A program made the translations under genes and the position numbers. Below the pieces are notes generated by a model. The model made no database searches and was not told the DNA's origin. It was given only the letters and a program-made list of their open reading frames with translations. DNA of 62,680 bases, filler included, from Syncephalis fuscata S228 (Eukaryota > Fungi > Zoopagomycota), in assembly GCA_025786725.1 (NCBI GenBank). It is 4 parts of 4 records of this genome, joined end to end, with 100 filler letters (N's around TTAATTAATTAA, not from the genome) between each part and the next. Parts side by side here need not be neighbours in the genome. Positions count along the whole stretch, not along the records: positions 40,489 to 53,074 come from JAHLTZ010000264.1; positions 53,175 to 62,680 come from JAHLTZ010000310.1; 2 more parts are not named here. The stretch is one strand, 5' to 3'. This document shows, piece after piece, positions 50,679-62,680 of the stretch (positions are counted from its first letter, which is position 1; each line of letters begins with the position of its first letter).

Positions 50679-52355
50679 ATGATTGGCAACTCTTTAGTGG
50701 CCCAAGTAGCACTTGCTACGGGTATCACACTATTGACAGCGGTAGCGCCCATCGCGTTCATTCATCATTTACTCCATTTGTTCCATGAGTCGCCACTTCT
50801 TCCGGCTCATGCACTCGATACACCATTCTCATTTTATTCGCTACTACACTACTGGTTGGGTGTTGAGCTTTTGTTTTATGTTTATTTTGTTACTACGTAT
50901 CGCCGATTACAACGCGGTTCACGCTACGTGCAATTGACCGACCATGAACGAAGTGCACTATTCTATCGCTGCTGTAGCGAGTGTGGCCCACTTGAAAAGT
51001 TCTTTCCTGGCTGGTTTAAACGGGCTGAACATGTACCGCGGGCTATTCGACACGAACCGATTATTCTTGACGAAATCTATCGCGAAAATGCTCGCGAATG
51101 GTTGGCGTGGGGCTTTTTCGGCGGTACTTTAGAAGACGCACAAGCACGAGCACGTACTTGGAAGCAGCTTAACTGGATGCTTGACTATATTGAAGAAAAT
51201 TTCCATCATCAATTTCCAAAAGGTTACAACATAGACTTGACAACTCTACGGCTCAACCTTGATCCGGTAAAGGCTGTACATAGACCGTGTTTCTTTTATG
51301 CAGTAAGTTACAACGAATGGCTTGTATAATTAATTATATGGCTAATGCTATTTATTCTGTATTGCTAGTTGATATTTGTTATAGATGGACTATGTAAAGT
51401 ATTACTTTATCTAATTGGCTTTCGTCGTTATGGGCGTGAACCACGTAAGCTTACCGTTTTCGCAGCCTCGTTGGCCGGTGGCTATTACGACAACGATACA
51501 GAGCTGGATGGGGATCATGACATAGATAATCCATCTGAAGATGGTAATAAGAACGCTAATGGTCGTTCCGTTCGCCGTAGACCTTTAGTTACTTATTGGT
51601 ATCGTCCTGGTCGTCCAGCCATGCCATTGGATAATGATAGCCAAGCACAGCAATCAGAATTAGAACAAAAACAACCATTGCCTATTGTTATTACCCATGG
51701 TATTGGTATTGGTATAGCACCTTATTTTAAATTTGTTTGGCGAGTATTAGTTGCTACAAATGGTTCTGCTCCTATTTACCTCGTCGAGTTACCGCATGTT
51801 AGTATGCGTTTTTATGGCCGTCCACCTACTGTGCCAGAAACAACTCGCGAGTTAGATGCTGCACTGGTCGAACACGGGCATAGCCAGGCTGTATTTGTCG
51901 GCCATTCACTTGGCTCGGCAGTCGTGGCCGGCATGTGCCGTAGTTCACGTAAACGTGTGGCCGCTGCCGTTTTGGTCGATCCTATTTGCTTTTTATTACA
52001 TCTACCGGCTGTAGCTTATGGATTCGTGCATCGTCGACCAACACGCGCCAATGAAAGATTTGTAGCTTTTTTTGCATCTCGCGAGCTATTTATTAGTCGA
52101 TTCATTAGCCGTAGCTTCCATTGGTACCACTCTTGCATGTGGGCCGATGACTTGCCAAGTGATGCTACAGTATTTTTATCACAAAATGATCTTCTCGTGC
52201 CATCACGCGAAGTAAGCGAGTACTTTAAGCGTCAAAACGTCAATCATCATATGATGCCACTAGATCATGCCCAATTTATGCTTAACCATGATTGGGAATC
52301 CAAAATTGTGCAAAATATTGCCGATTATGCTACCGGTGTTATTACTGCAGAGTAA
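50679..52355 (+). CDS. Membrane-anchored alpha/beta hydrolase, one intron (~51303-51368)
   Basis: N-terminal TM segments, LRLNLDPV..HRP, HGIGIG, nucleophile GHSLG, LVDPICF, DLLVP, DHAQF. Confidence 0.9.
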
Positions 52356-52520
52356 CATCGCAGCTAAGCCAGTCAACTAAAATAAGTTTTTTTTAGTTTT
52401 ATATTTGTGCGTGTTTGTATATGTATAAATGAATACGTACTAGTATTTATTTGTTTTAAAAAACATACATATACACTATAATTTTAACTAAAAATTTACC
52501 TGGACAATTATTTTATATCA

Positions 52521-52921
52521 TTAATAATGAGTAGTTTTGGTGTCTAATGACCTTTATTTTAATGCATTATTGCTTCACTTGTTGTTCTACGATGTACCGA
52601 CATGTTGGGTAAATTGACTTTTATTATTTACACTCCATTATTAATGAATTAAACTCGGCTGTTTATAAATATTGACTGACAGGCTCCACAGCTCACAATC
52701 TACGTCATCACATTCCCCTTTCTCTTTCTTCACACTGATAGCATATATCCATTGCATATACTTGTACACTCCATATATACTATTAATAGTGTTATTAGTT
52801 GAGTGCTTATTATTTAGGTACAAACACCTACGCTATGTACTTGCATTGCTCTTTTGTAATCTGACCTTATTTTACAAATCATCTTTACTTCGCTCATTGA
52901 CATTGGCACCATTATTAATAT
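52521..52921 (-). repeat. Dispersed non-coding repeat, copy B
   Basis: Reverse complement of 15745-16140. Confidence 0.92.
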
Positions 52922-53074
52922 AATAAATATATTTCTGACTTGTTTTTATGTTACCATATGCTGTGAAATCTCATTGTATGTTTTTCTTTACTATAAGTCA
53001 TACAGTCATTCAGTCTGTTACTAGCAAGATCTCAATATTAGCAAGTCGTGCTGCTGTGCTAGTATTAAGCACTG

Positions 53075-53174
53075 NNNNNNNNNNNNNNNNNNNNNNNNNN
53101 NNNNNNNNNNNNNNNNNNTTAATTAATTAANNNNNNNNNNNNNNNNNNNNNNNNNNNNNNNNNNNNNNNNNNNN
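53075..53174. other. Artificial contig spacer
   Basis: N + TTAATTAATTAA + N. Confidence 0.98.
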
Positions 53175-53848
53175 ACCATCAGATGTTGCCACAGCCACAC
53201 ATGCTGCATCCTGGATTAATTTCACCATTATTTTCCAACCATTTCCACTTTCTACGAACAGATGAACTATTACGCACTACTGGAGATACATTGGCTTCCA
53301 TTAACCGCTGTGTAATCTCGGGCCAGTCGCTTTTACCAAATACTGTGGTTTTCCACTTTCCCTTTCTCTGTCTTTGCGGTTCTAATGTTTTCCAACATAA
53401 CTTGATTACATATCCTGACTAATGCTTCACATTCCTGTTCACTCCATAAAGGCGGGCCAGTTGTATCATTTGATTTTTGATCTGATAATTCGTCTGCCGG
53501 TGCCAGTATAGATACATTATCCATTGACATATCTACATCAATTGTAGTGGTTGGATCAGATACAGAAGGCGTATTATCAATATTATATTATACTGGTTGT
53601 AGTGTAGATACAGCATCAGTTATTTCTTCTTCTTTATCTAAAATTGAAGTAGATTCTACTGCTGCTGTTGAGAATATTGTTAAGTTTGTTGAAGTGTCGC
53701 CACTTTGATCAATTAGTGAATCTGTTAGTAGTAGTAGTAGTAGTAGTAAAGTAGTTGGTGGTGTTGTTTGTGAAATCTCTACCCCATTAGCTGACAGTGT
53801 CTCTGAATTGGGCAGTTGTTCTATAGCAAATATATCGGTGGTTGACAT
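53175..53848 (-). CDS. Myb/SANT-like (trihelix) domain protein, 5' part, frameshifted and cut by gap
   Basis: Joining frames gives WSEQECEALVRIC ... DWPEITQRLMEA...RNSSSVRRKWKWL; at least two frameshifts near the contig edge. Confidence 0.6.
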
Positions 53849-54081
53849 ATTGTCTATTGCAACAAAGGAAACTGAAAGATAACGACGAGTGACCAATTCA
53901 GGAGTCAATGGTTAATATGACTCAAATATTCAAATATTTATATGGCGCGTTTTTATGTGATATTTTTTGTTCGTTTTTTAATTTATATTTATTTCAAAAT
54001 ACTGACTGTGCGTAACACTTTGAGTTTATCCATTGTTATTGTGGTACTACTAAGTAATGCTACTATTTGACTCGTAACAAT

Positions 54082-57000
54082 ATGCATGAGCACACTACAC
54101 CGTCTACTCCTCAATGGAGTGGGTTTAAAACGGCGGCAAATACACCATACGTCCACCGTCAAACGATGCTATGCGCGTGGCACGTCAACGACTAAAAGAG
54201 CTGGATAAACCAGCTCAACCAAGTTCAGGTAGAAGCTAATAGATCATATAGCACTAAATACTAATATATAGTATGTTGTTAGAAGGACCACCTGTAGTAT
54301 CTGGATTTAAAACGGCTGGTGGACGCAATATGCCCAACCCATCAGCCGCAGCATTAAAACGCGCACATGCGCTTTGGGAAAACGATAACGATGATACAGG
54401 TGTATCAAAACAATGTAATGTGGATCATATCATATTATAATAACAATATTTAGTTTATTATATATAGCATCTAAACGGAATCGAGCTACATCTTCAGTCA
54501 CCACACCAATTACACCAATTACGCCAGGTAAATCATAACAAACTGCATAATTGATTGATAACCATTAGTAGGTAATACATTTAGTAGACCATTGGTTAAG
54601 ACACCGGTTCATATGGTAACAGCGCCTCAACAGCCAGCTTTTCAATCAGCCAGTACACTGATAACACCTAACCATACCAGTCGTACTTTTATGCGTCCAA
54701 TGTTCGCATCTAATCTACGAACTCCTTTCAAGTCACCATTAAAGAAACGCACTATTTCTTTATCAACAAATACGAATGATCAGGATAATGCCGATAAATT
54801 AAAAGAGTTAGAGCTGAAAGAACGTAATAGTTTACATCTAGCACTAGTACCGACAAAACGATCTGCTTTATTTGACTTATCTAAAACTGAACAAAATCGG
54901 AAGTCAATGCTTAGTTATTTTGGTCGTTGTCCACGTCGATTAACCATGGAACAACTTTTAAATGCTAATGTGTAAGTCTAATCACTTTATTAAATAGCAT
55001 TAATAGCTCACGACTGATATAACACCAATAGACCCAGTGCAGTCATTAATATGACATGGCAACAAGCGGCCAACTACAGTTTTAACGCTGTAATACACGG
55101 ACAGCCATGTCTATGGAATGCTGAAAGTGCCTATAATGCATTATTAGAATATGGAGCTGAAAAATCGCGTCTTTCTATGGATTGGGTTGAACATCATTAC
55201 AGATTGATTGTATGGAAAGCGGCGTGTATCTATCGCTCATATCCGGAAGAACATGGTATATGGTCGGTTCATTGGATATTGAAACAATTAAGATATCGGT
55301 AAGTTATATTGATACCACTATTATGATAATATTAATATTAATAATAATATAATATTAATATTAATAATGGTTGTAATTATTTATTAGCTATGAGCGTGAA
55401 ATGAATAAACGAGAGACACCAGCCATTCGAATGATACTTGAGGAACTTGAATTACCGTTATTACCGCTTGTACTCTGTGTTATAGATATGCCACGTAAGC
55501 AGTTTAAATAATCGAGTAACCATAATTGTAATAACAAATATTTATTATAGAACATGGTGTTCTACGACTGACTGATGGCTGGTATATTATTAATGCAAGA
55601 TTAGATCGAGCATTAGAAGTAATAGTTGCTAAACAACGACTTAATCCTGGTGACAAATTGGTTATTGGATCTATTCAAGTAAGCGAACAACTAGACAATA
55701 GTTATGATAATTAACTGTAATATTTGTTAGTTACTGGAACAGCCTGGTGAAATTACAGCATTATCCTCTAATCCACGTCCATTATTAAATCTAGTTATAA
55801 ATAATACACGACGTGCCAGGTAGAATATGTTAAAACATAGTTATCCACTTATTTATAAGTATTAATGTGATATAGATGGGACACGCGATTAGGATTTATT
55901 AGACAACCCATGCCTATAATACATATCTCCAATATAGATCCAATGGGCGGTATGATATCGACACTTGATGTTGTAGTGGTGCGTAAATTACCCAAGTTAT
56001 TAATGGAAACAGAATTGGATGGACGTAAAATATTTACGCCATTCCGTTTATTGGGTTCATCGATGTCGAATGAAGAGGTAATAATTATGACTATTAACCT
56101 ATCAATATTAATACAAATATCTTATAGACATGGCTATCGGATCATCCTAATCTGGTATATTTGTGTGATCCAACATTTACACTGTCGGTTACTTTGGATA
56201 CAGCATCTGAACAGCAAGGTAAATAGTTCAATTTGTATTAGTTGTATATTTAACACCTACAATTGTTTATTTATTAGCAAGTGCACTGTGTTCTAGTCTG
56301 TTGCAAATGGACGATATTATAGAGTACTGCGACAATCAGGCACTTGACACGATAAAAAACCTATCAGCCTATCTACAACAGCATCCAAAGAACCAAAGTT
56401 TATTAATGGACAAAATAAGAGAACAAATTCAGGTATATAGAAATAGTTATTATTATAACAATATATATATACACCTTACTAATTTATGTCAGTCAAATCG
56501 GTTTAAACGACGACGCACAGGCCTATTCCGTGTACATGTGTGCGATGCTAGGATAAGTAATTACAATGCAACGCAATCCACTATGGCATGTATTACTATA
56601 TGGTCACCCCCTGAACAGTTATATGAAGAAATTAAACTAGGACAGCGCTATAAGGTAATGTAGAAGACTCAAAATGTAATATAGCATACTTATTCATTAG
56701 TAGATATCGTATGTTATGCCTTCAACAACTACCAATACTACTCATCAACAATACAATAGTATGCGCTATAATGAAATGTCACAGCTGCAAACAAATAGAA
56801 AGTCACGATGGACAGCATGTAAATTACCCGAAGATATGGAAGATATTGAAGAACGACTACCTACAATTAAAGGTCTTGATTTGCTATCCAGTCAAGCTAA
56901 CTACCGATCAGATTGGACCGATATTGTATTTGTTGTACTTTGTATCCTTGAAATAATAGATTATACATTCAATCAGGTATATCTTTAATTATACAACTTA

Positions 57001-57488
57001 CATTATTAGGTACGAGTAATAATAACAATAGTGGCTATTCAGGAAAGCCCAATACAATGGCTCCATTAGTTATTATAGGTGATGAATCTAATCGAATGGC
57101 ATTGCTACGCTTAGAACCAAATACTATTTTACTATCATCATTCAAGGCAAGTAGATCGTTGGTTGGGTTTATTTTAAATTAATACAATAATTATAGGAAG
57201 GATACGTGTACACGTTATGTAATATACAATCGATAGATTATGATGTAAAATTTGGTATGCCTGTTATACGTACTTTGGAAAATACCGAATTATTTGGACA
57301 ACAACATACGCCATCATTTGCACAATCTAAATTGCAGCAACTATTACAGTGGAAGCAGGAGTAAGTTAATAAAAGTGTAATTAAGTAATTGATTGATTAT
57401 TAATTGTATTATTAGACAAGTGGAGGACTATCGGGATTTAGAAGATACAGCCGTGTTAACAATGACTACCGTTTTTTCTACTCTATAG
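54082..57488 (+). CDS. BRCA2: BRCA2/Brh2 homolog, compact, many exons
   Basis: Two BRC repeats (GFKTAA, GFKTAGG), FKSP, LFDL, WVEHHYRLIVWK, QLRYRYEREM, LTDGWY, NNTRRARWDTRLGF, DPMGGMI; needs a 1-bp correction near 54153. Confidence 0.93.
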
Positions 57489-57657
57489 GCATTATGTTTT
57501 ATCTTTAATACATATTTGTTATACTAAATGAATCAATATGCATATAATACTGTTTATTGGCACATAGCTAGCGTATAGAATAACATAACACCTTTAGATA
57601 CATTGGTGCATATGTTGTCACTTGTATAGCATATCAGGTAACCTGTTAATTAGCTTA

Positions 57658-59651
57658 TTAATGTTTATGGAAACAGTTATTACAGCTTCCTTTCTTAAAT
57701 ACGTTAGGAGAGAATTCGTTGCAGCCACACTCGCCACATGGGCCAACGGCTGAAGAAGGAGGACCGTTAAGTGCATCCATCACCGATGCTGGTAGATATG
57801 CATGATTGCTGGGAGTAGATGTTACTGGTTGTGGTGGTGTTGCTGTTGCCGACATGGGTCGCATAGTAGGTGGTTTGGCACCAGTGGGTCTAGGTGGCGG
57901 TGCAGAACTACTACCGCTAGCATGTCCTGTACTTGCTACCGACGATTGTCGTGCGTAAGGTGGTCGTGGTGCTGATACTGCCGATGCTATAACTGAAGCG
58001 GCCGATGCTACTTGTGGAATGGATGGATAAACGGGTGCTGGAGGAGAAACTACAGCTGCAACAGGAGCAGGTGGAGCAGGAGGAATAGCAGCAGCAGTAA
58101 CAGTGGGTGGATTACAAGGTTCGCAATAGTTTGCCGGAAACATACCACGTCGTAAAACTCTACCACCATCACGAATCTCGCCAACCCACCAACCTTCGTC
58201 AATCTCTTCTACTACAGCAATCTTATCTCCTTTAACAATGGATAATTCATCCTCATCTGCGCCATCATAATTATACAATGCCTCCATGTATCGTTCATTC
58301 GTAGCCGGTGCAGCTACTGGTGCCACTGGTGCTATAATAAATTAGCAATAATCATTTAGTTAACGTTCATATTGTATTAATTAAGCTATTTACCTCTGGG
58401 AATGGATGCTGGAGGTGTGGCAGCTGCCTGATATGAAGGCTGACGTAGTGGATTAGCCAGTGTAGATGCAGTAGATGTAATAGGAGAATGAGGAACACGA
58501 CTAGCATATGCAGAATGAATACTTTGCGTATCAGATGGTTCAACATTAGACTCTTCCGCCTGACTTGTTCGTCGTTTTGATTCGGCAAATACACTAATGG
58601 TGTATATTTATACATAAGTATTTATGCTAAATAATAGCTCTTTAACTTACGGATCACCCAATGCCTGTTTAACAGTGGTCATAATTTCTAATCCTTCACG
58701 GAAAAAGTCAAGCTGGGCCTCTACAAAACCAACTAGATCACGGTGCTGTGTTTCCTATTATATAAATTCGTATTAATTACTATTCAATATACATATACAT
58801 ATACATATACATATATATATGTCTTGTATCCATTACCTCCAATTCACTAATAGCCACCATTTTATTGTGTGTATCAGCCATGGCTTCCTCGTAACGAGAC
58901 TGTGCTGCTCGCATATCTTCCTCTAATTCAGGCCGTTCTCTTTTTGACTTTTGCACTTTATTTGTTTTTGAATCAAAATCAAGTCGACGTGCCTCCAATT
59001 TTTTACGTAATTGCTAATAAATCATTTCTGATTAACATTGGCCAATCTTTGTATTTACAACAATTGTCTGCCTACCTGATAATCTTTAATTTCATCTTTA
59101 GCGCGTGCCAAGCTATCCATAAACCCGGCTTTTAATTTGACCGAATACTGCACTTGAGTTTCGGCCAATTTTTGAAATCCATCACCGGTTTTTACCAAAG
59201 ACTTGCCTATATACACTTAGTAAGTATAGACCCATACTAATTGTATCGTAGCTATCTACCATATTCCGAGTCGTTGCCTAGTTGCGATCCTAGTGTAGAC
59301 ATTGTAATACCCAGCGACTCCATTAATAAATATTTATCTGATTTGGTGCGTTTTACTATGCAATAGCGTATTAGACTTTAATGGAGTAGATTCAATAGCA
59401 TTACCTAGCGAATTCATGTACAGCTCCGCCACAGTACTAATATTATCGACAAAATCGTGCTTCAGGTCTATTTCATGTTCCAGTTTACGAAATTCCTCGC
59501 TTGTCTCCGTCTTGGAGGACATGCCTAGTCGCTCGCCCGTCCACTAAACACAATCATAAGCTATACTGACGATAGATATAATATCGGTTATCGCTATTTG
59601 TTTGTCGCTGTTGTTTACCTGACGTAATCGGGTTAGATTTTTAAAAGCCAT
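57658..59651 (-). CDS. Endophilin-like BAR-SH3 protein with C-terminal Cys/His motif
   Basis: LRQWTGERLG..KTETSEEFRKLE, KKLEARRLDFD (BAR); ALYNYD...ELSIVKGD...EGWWVG...GMFPANY (SH3). Confidence 0.9.
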
Positions 59652-59775
59652 GATGAAGGTAGGGCAGTAGAATAGGCTGAAGTTAATATATAATACGTCT
59701 CAGTATTCTTTAGTTATTTAATAAAAAGCGCTGCGTGACAACAATTAAAGAGAATTGAAAAAAGTAGAAACGTAG

Positions 59776-60004
59776 GTGGGAGCCGAGCAAAATGAAATAA
59801 ATAGACGTTTATTCAACAACCATCATAGTAATTACTAAATTGATCATATGGCTCAACTGACTTGTGTGTGTGTGTGTGTGCTCTACATAAAAATAGCTTG
59901 ATGGGATTTATCCTATGCAGATTGGTTGATTGACTATCTAACAATAACTATATCATTCTGTTTGTTGAATAAACGTCATCTTATTTCATTTTGCTCATCT
60001 CCAC
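59776..60004. mobile_element. MITE-like foldback in a divergent promoter
   Basis: ~35-bp imperfect inverted repeat 59785-59819 / 59962-59996 around a (TG)n tract. Confidence 0.6.
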
Positions 60005-60121
60005 TTCTTGCTGCTGTTACCGTCACTGTTTATCTCTATGTAAGTGAATGACGGTAGACATCGTTTGATTGTTTACTCAATCTATGCTATGCCATAGCTT
60101 CAGTCGTTTACAGTTGCTATT

Positions 60122-60525
60122 ATGAGGCCCTTCGTTTCTTATGGCAATGCTGCCTGTTGCAGCATTCTTAGCGTTATCGGTATCGTATTTCTGGTAAGTG
60201 TTGATGCATATACTGGCTATAGAGATGGCAACAGGCTTATTAACCATATATGCTGCGATTCTAGTTGATACTAGGCCATCTCTTTGACACTGAAGCAGAA
60301 CAGTATACCGAGTCGAAGAACTCGCCGGCTGATCCTCATGGCGTTGCTCATGCTTGCTATGTAGCTGCAGCCATCTATGCTGGATTTGTTGTCTGCTGTG
60401 GCGGTCAGGTAAGTTAGCAACAACACGATACAATGTATGCGTACAGCGTTTAATCGATCTTAATCTAGCTTCTGCTACATAAACGTATACCGCGCACCGA
60501 TTATGCTGCTTTACCCCAACATTAA
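60122..60525 (+). CDS. V-ATPase V0 subunit f (RNASEK / YPR170W-B family), 3 coding exons; not in the ORF track
   Basis: MRPFVSYGNAACCSILSVIGIVFL|LILGHLF...PADPHGVAHACYVAAAIYAGFVVCCGGQ|LLLH...*, closely resembling yeast YPR170W-B; probable 5'UTR intron ~60040-60097. Confidence 0.85.
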
Positions 60526-60922
60526 ATTACTGTTTTCTATTCTTACCATCATTGATTGTTTATAAGTTTATTAATTAATTTATTAATTAGCTGATCGCTT
60601 GATTGCTTAATAAGTGTGTATAATGTGTAATCAATGGCACTATAAACCATGCCAACATGGTAATAATAATAACGGTGATGATGATAATGAAAAACAGATT
60701 AACACCGGGCAATTCCGGACTCGACGCATAAATGACACCTTCAGAGCTAATAAGGGACACGCTATAGATAGCAATGACATTTCCCCAACGTGCATTGCCA
60801 CGTCATATCTGTGCCATCTATAAAAATGTATCAGTTTTCGCTATCTCGTCTCATTTCTCTTCGCTCAGCTCTTCTTCTTTTTCTTCGACAGCTTTTTGCA
60901 AACGTGCACGTGTGTATTTTGA

Positions 60923-62016
<1,094 letters not shown>

Positions 62017-62263
62017 CTTTCCAAGTATGGCTGATCTAGCTATTGCACAATCCATCAATAAATATGACTGTCGTCTGTTCAAATACATAACCTACTTAAC
62101 ACTGTCTGTATTTTGATAAACATTTGTTGCGATGGCAAAGATTACTAATAACAATAAACAAATCATATTATGCGACTGCTATTCATTGCTACTAGTCACT
62201 ACTTGGTTAATTTAAATCTAGATATACACTGATACATTATAGCACGGCGTAAAGGTTTAAACA

Positions 62264-62680
62264 ATGGTGAATACAGATCGCGGAGGCAGCTTATTGAACT
62301 CGCAAAACTTTATTGCATCCAATCGATTTTTAATTAGCCAACAAGTCGACGCAGTTTTATTTTTAATCCTATTCTGCTTTGCTTGTACGCTACATGTTTA
62401 TCGTTATATTCAAACGCAATCAAATTGTCATATTTTACTAATATGTAGCGCGTGCATTGAGATCATTGCATCAGTCGCTGTACTCGCTGGAAGTATCAGT
62501 CATAATGGTCCATTGGCCTTGGTGTCATTGCCGGCTGGTATATTTGCAACCTGGCTTATACAAGCAGTACTAGTCCATTTGCTGCTACAATGGTAGCTAC
62601 TTGGGATAATCATTATTTATTAGTAATCTAACACTTGAATTAGGAATCATTCTGTACGAGAAATAATAGGCAAGAAAACC
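62264..62680 (+). CDS. Hypothetical multi-TM protein, runs off window end
   Basis: ATG ORF with hydrophobic segments and plausible introns at ~62385-62448 and ~62593-62644. Confidence 0.45.

Noticed and set aside
11151-57488. Apparent DNA-damage gene cluster (ATRIP-like, Chk2-like, BRCA2)
   Set aside because: The genes are on different contigs and far apart; adjacency is unverified.

Overview
Intron-rich, AT-rich fungal genomic DNA with short 45-80 bp introns. Gene content suggests an early-diverging fungus; a Zoopagomycota mycoparasite such as Syncephalis is my inference, not proven. The window is four contigs joined by artificial 100-bp N/TTAATTAATTAA spacers. Housekeeping genes: FUM1, BRF1, a short ATRIP/Rad26-like gene, two alpha/beta hydrolases, mitochondrial tRNA 2-thiouridylase, a SAM methyltransferase, DLT1-like, a DysF/Pex24-domain gene, an F-box gene, BRCA2, a BAR-SH3 gene, V-ATPase subunit f and GAPDH. 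The standout is a tandem array of five secreted ~210-aa 'mini-pseudokinases' (2.4-8.5 kb). They keep only the kinase N-lobe through the DFG-equivalent position, lack all catalytic residues, show gene-conversion mosaicism with a hypervariable segment, and share intron positions with a full-length secreted pseudokinase at 43.1-44.7 kb; together these form a candidate effector system. A ~14-kb region with no clearly intact gene (16.3-30.6 kb) holds pseudogenes, a Gypsy RT relic, satellites, a MITE-like foldback and two candidate structured RNAs. Exon structures were read by eye, so boundaries may be off by a few bases.
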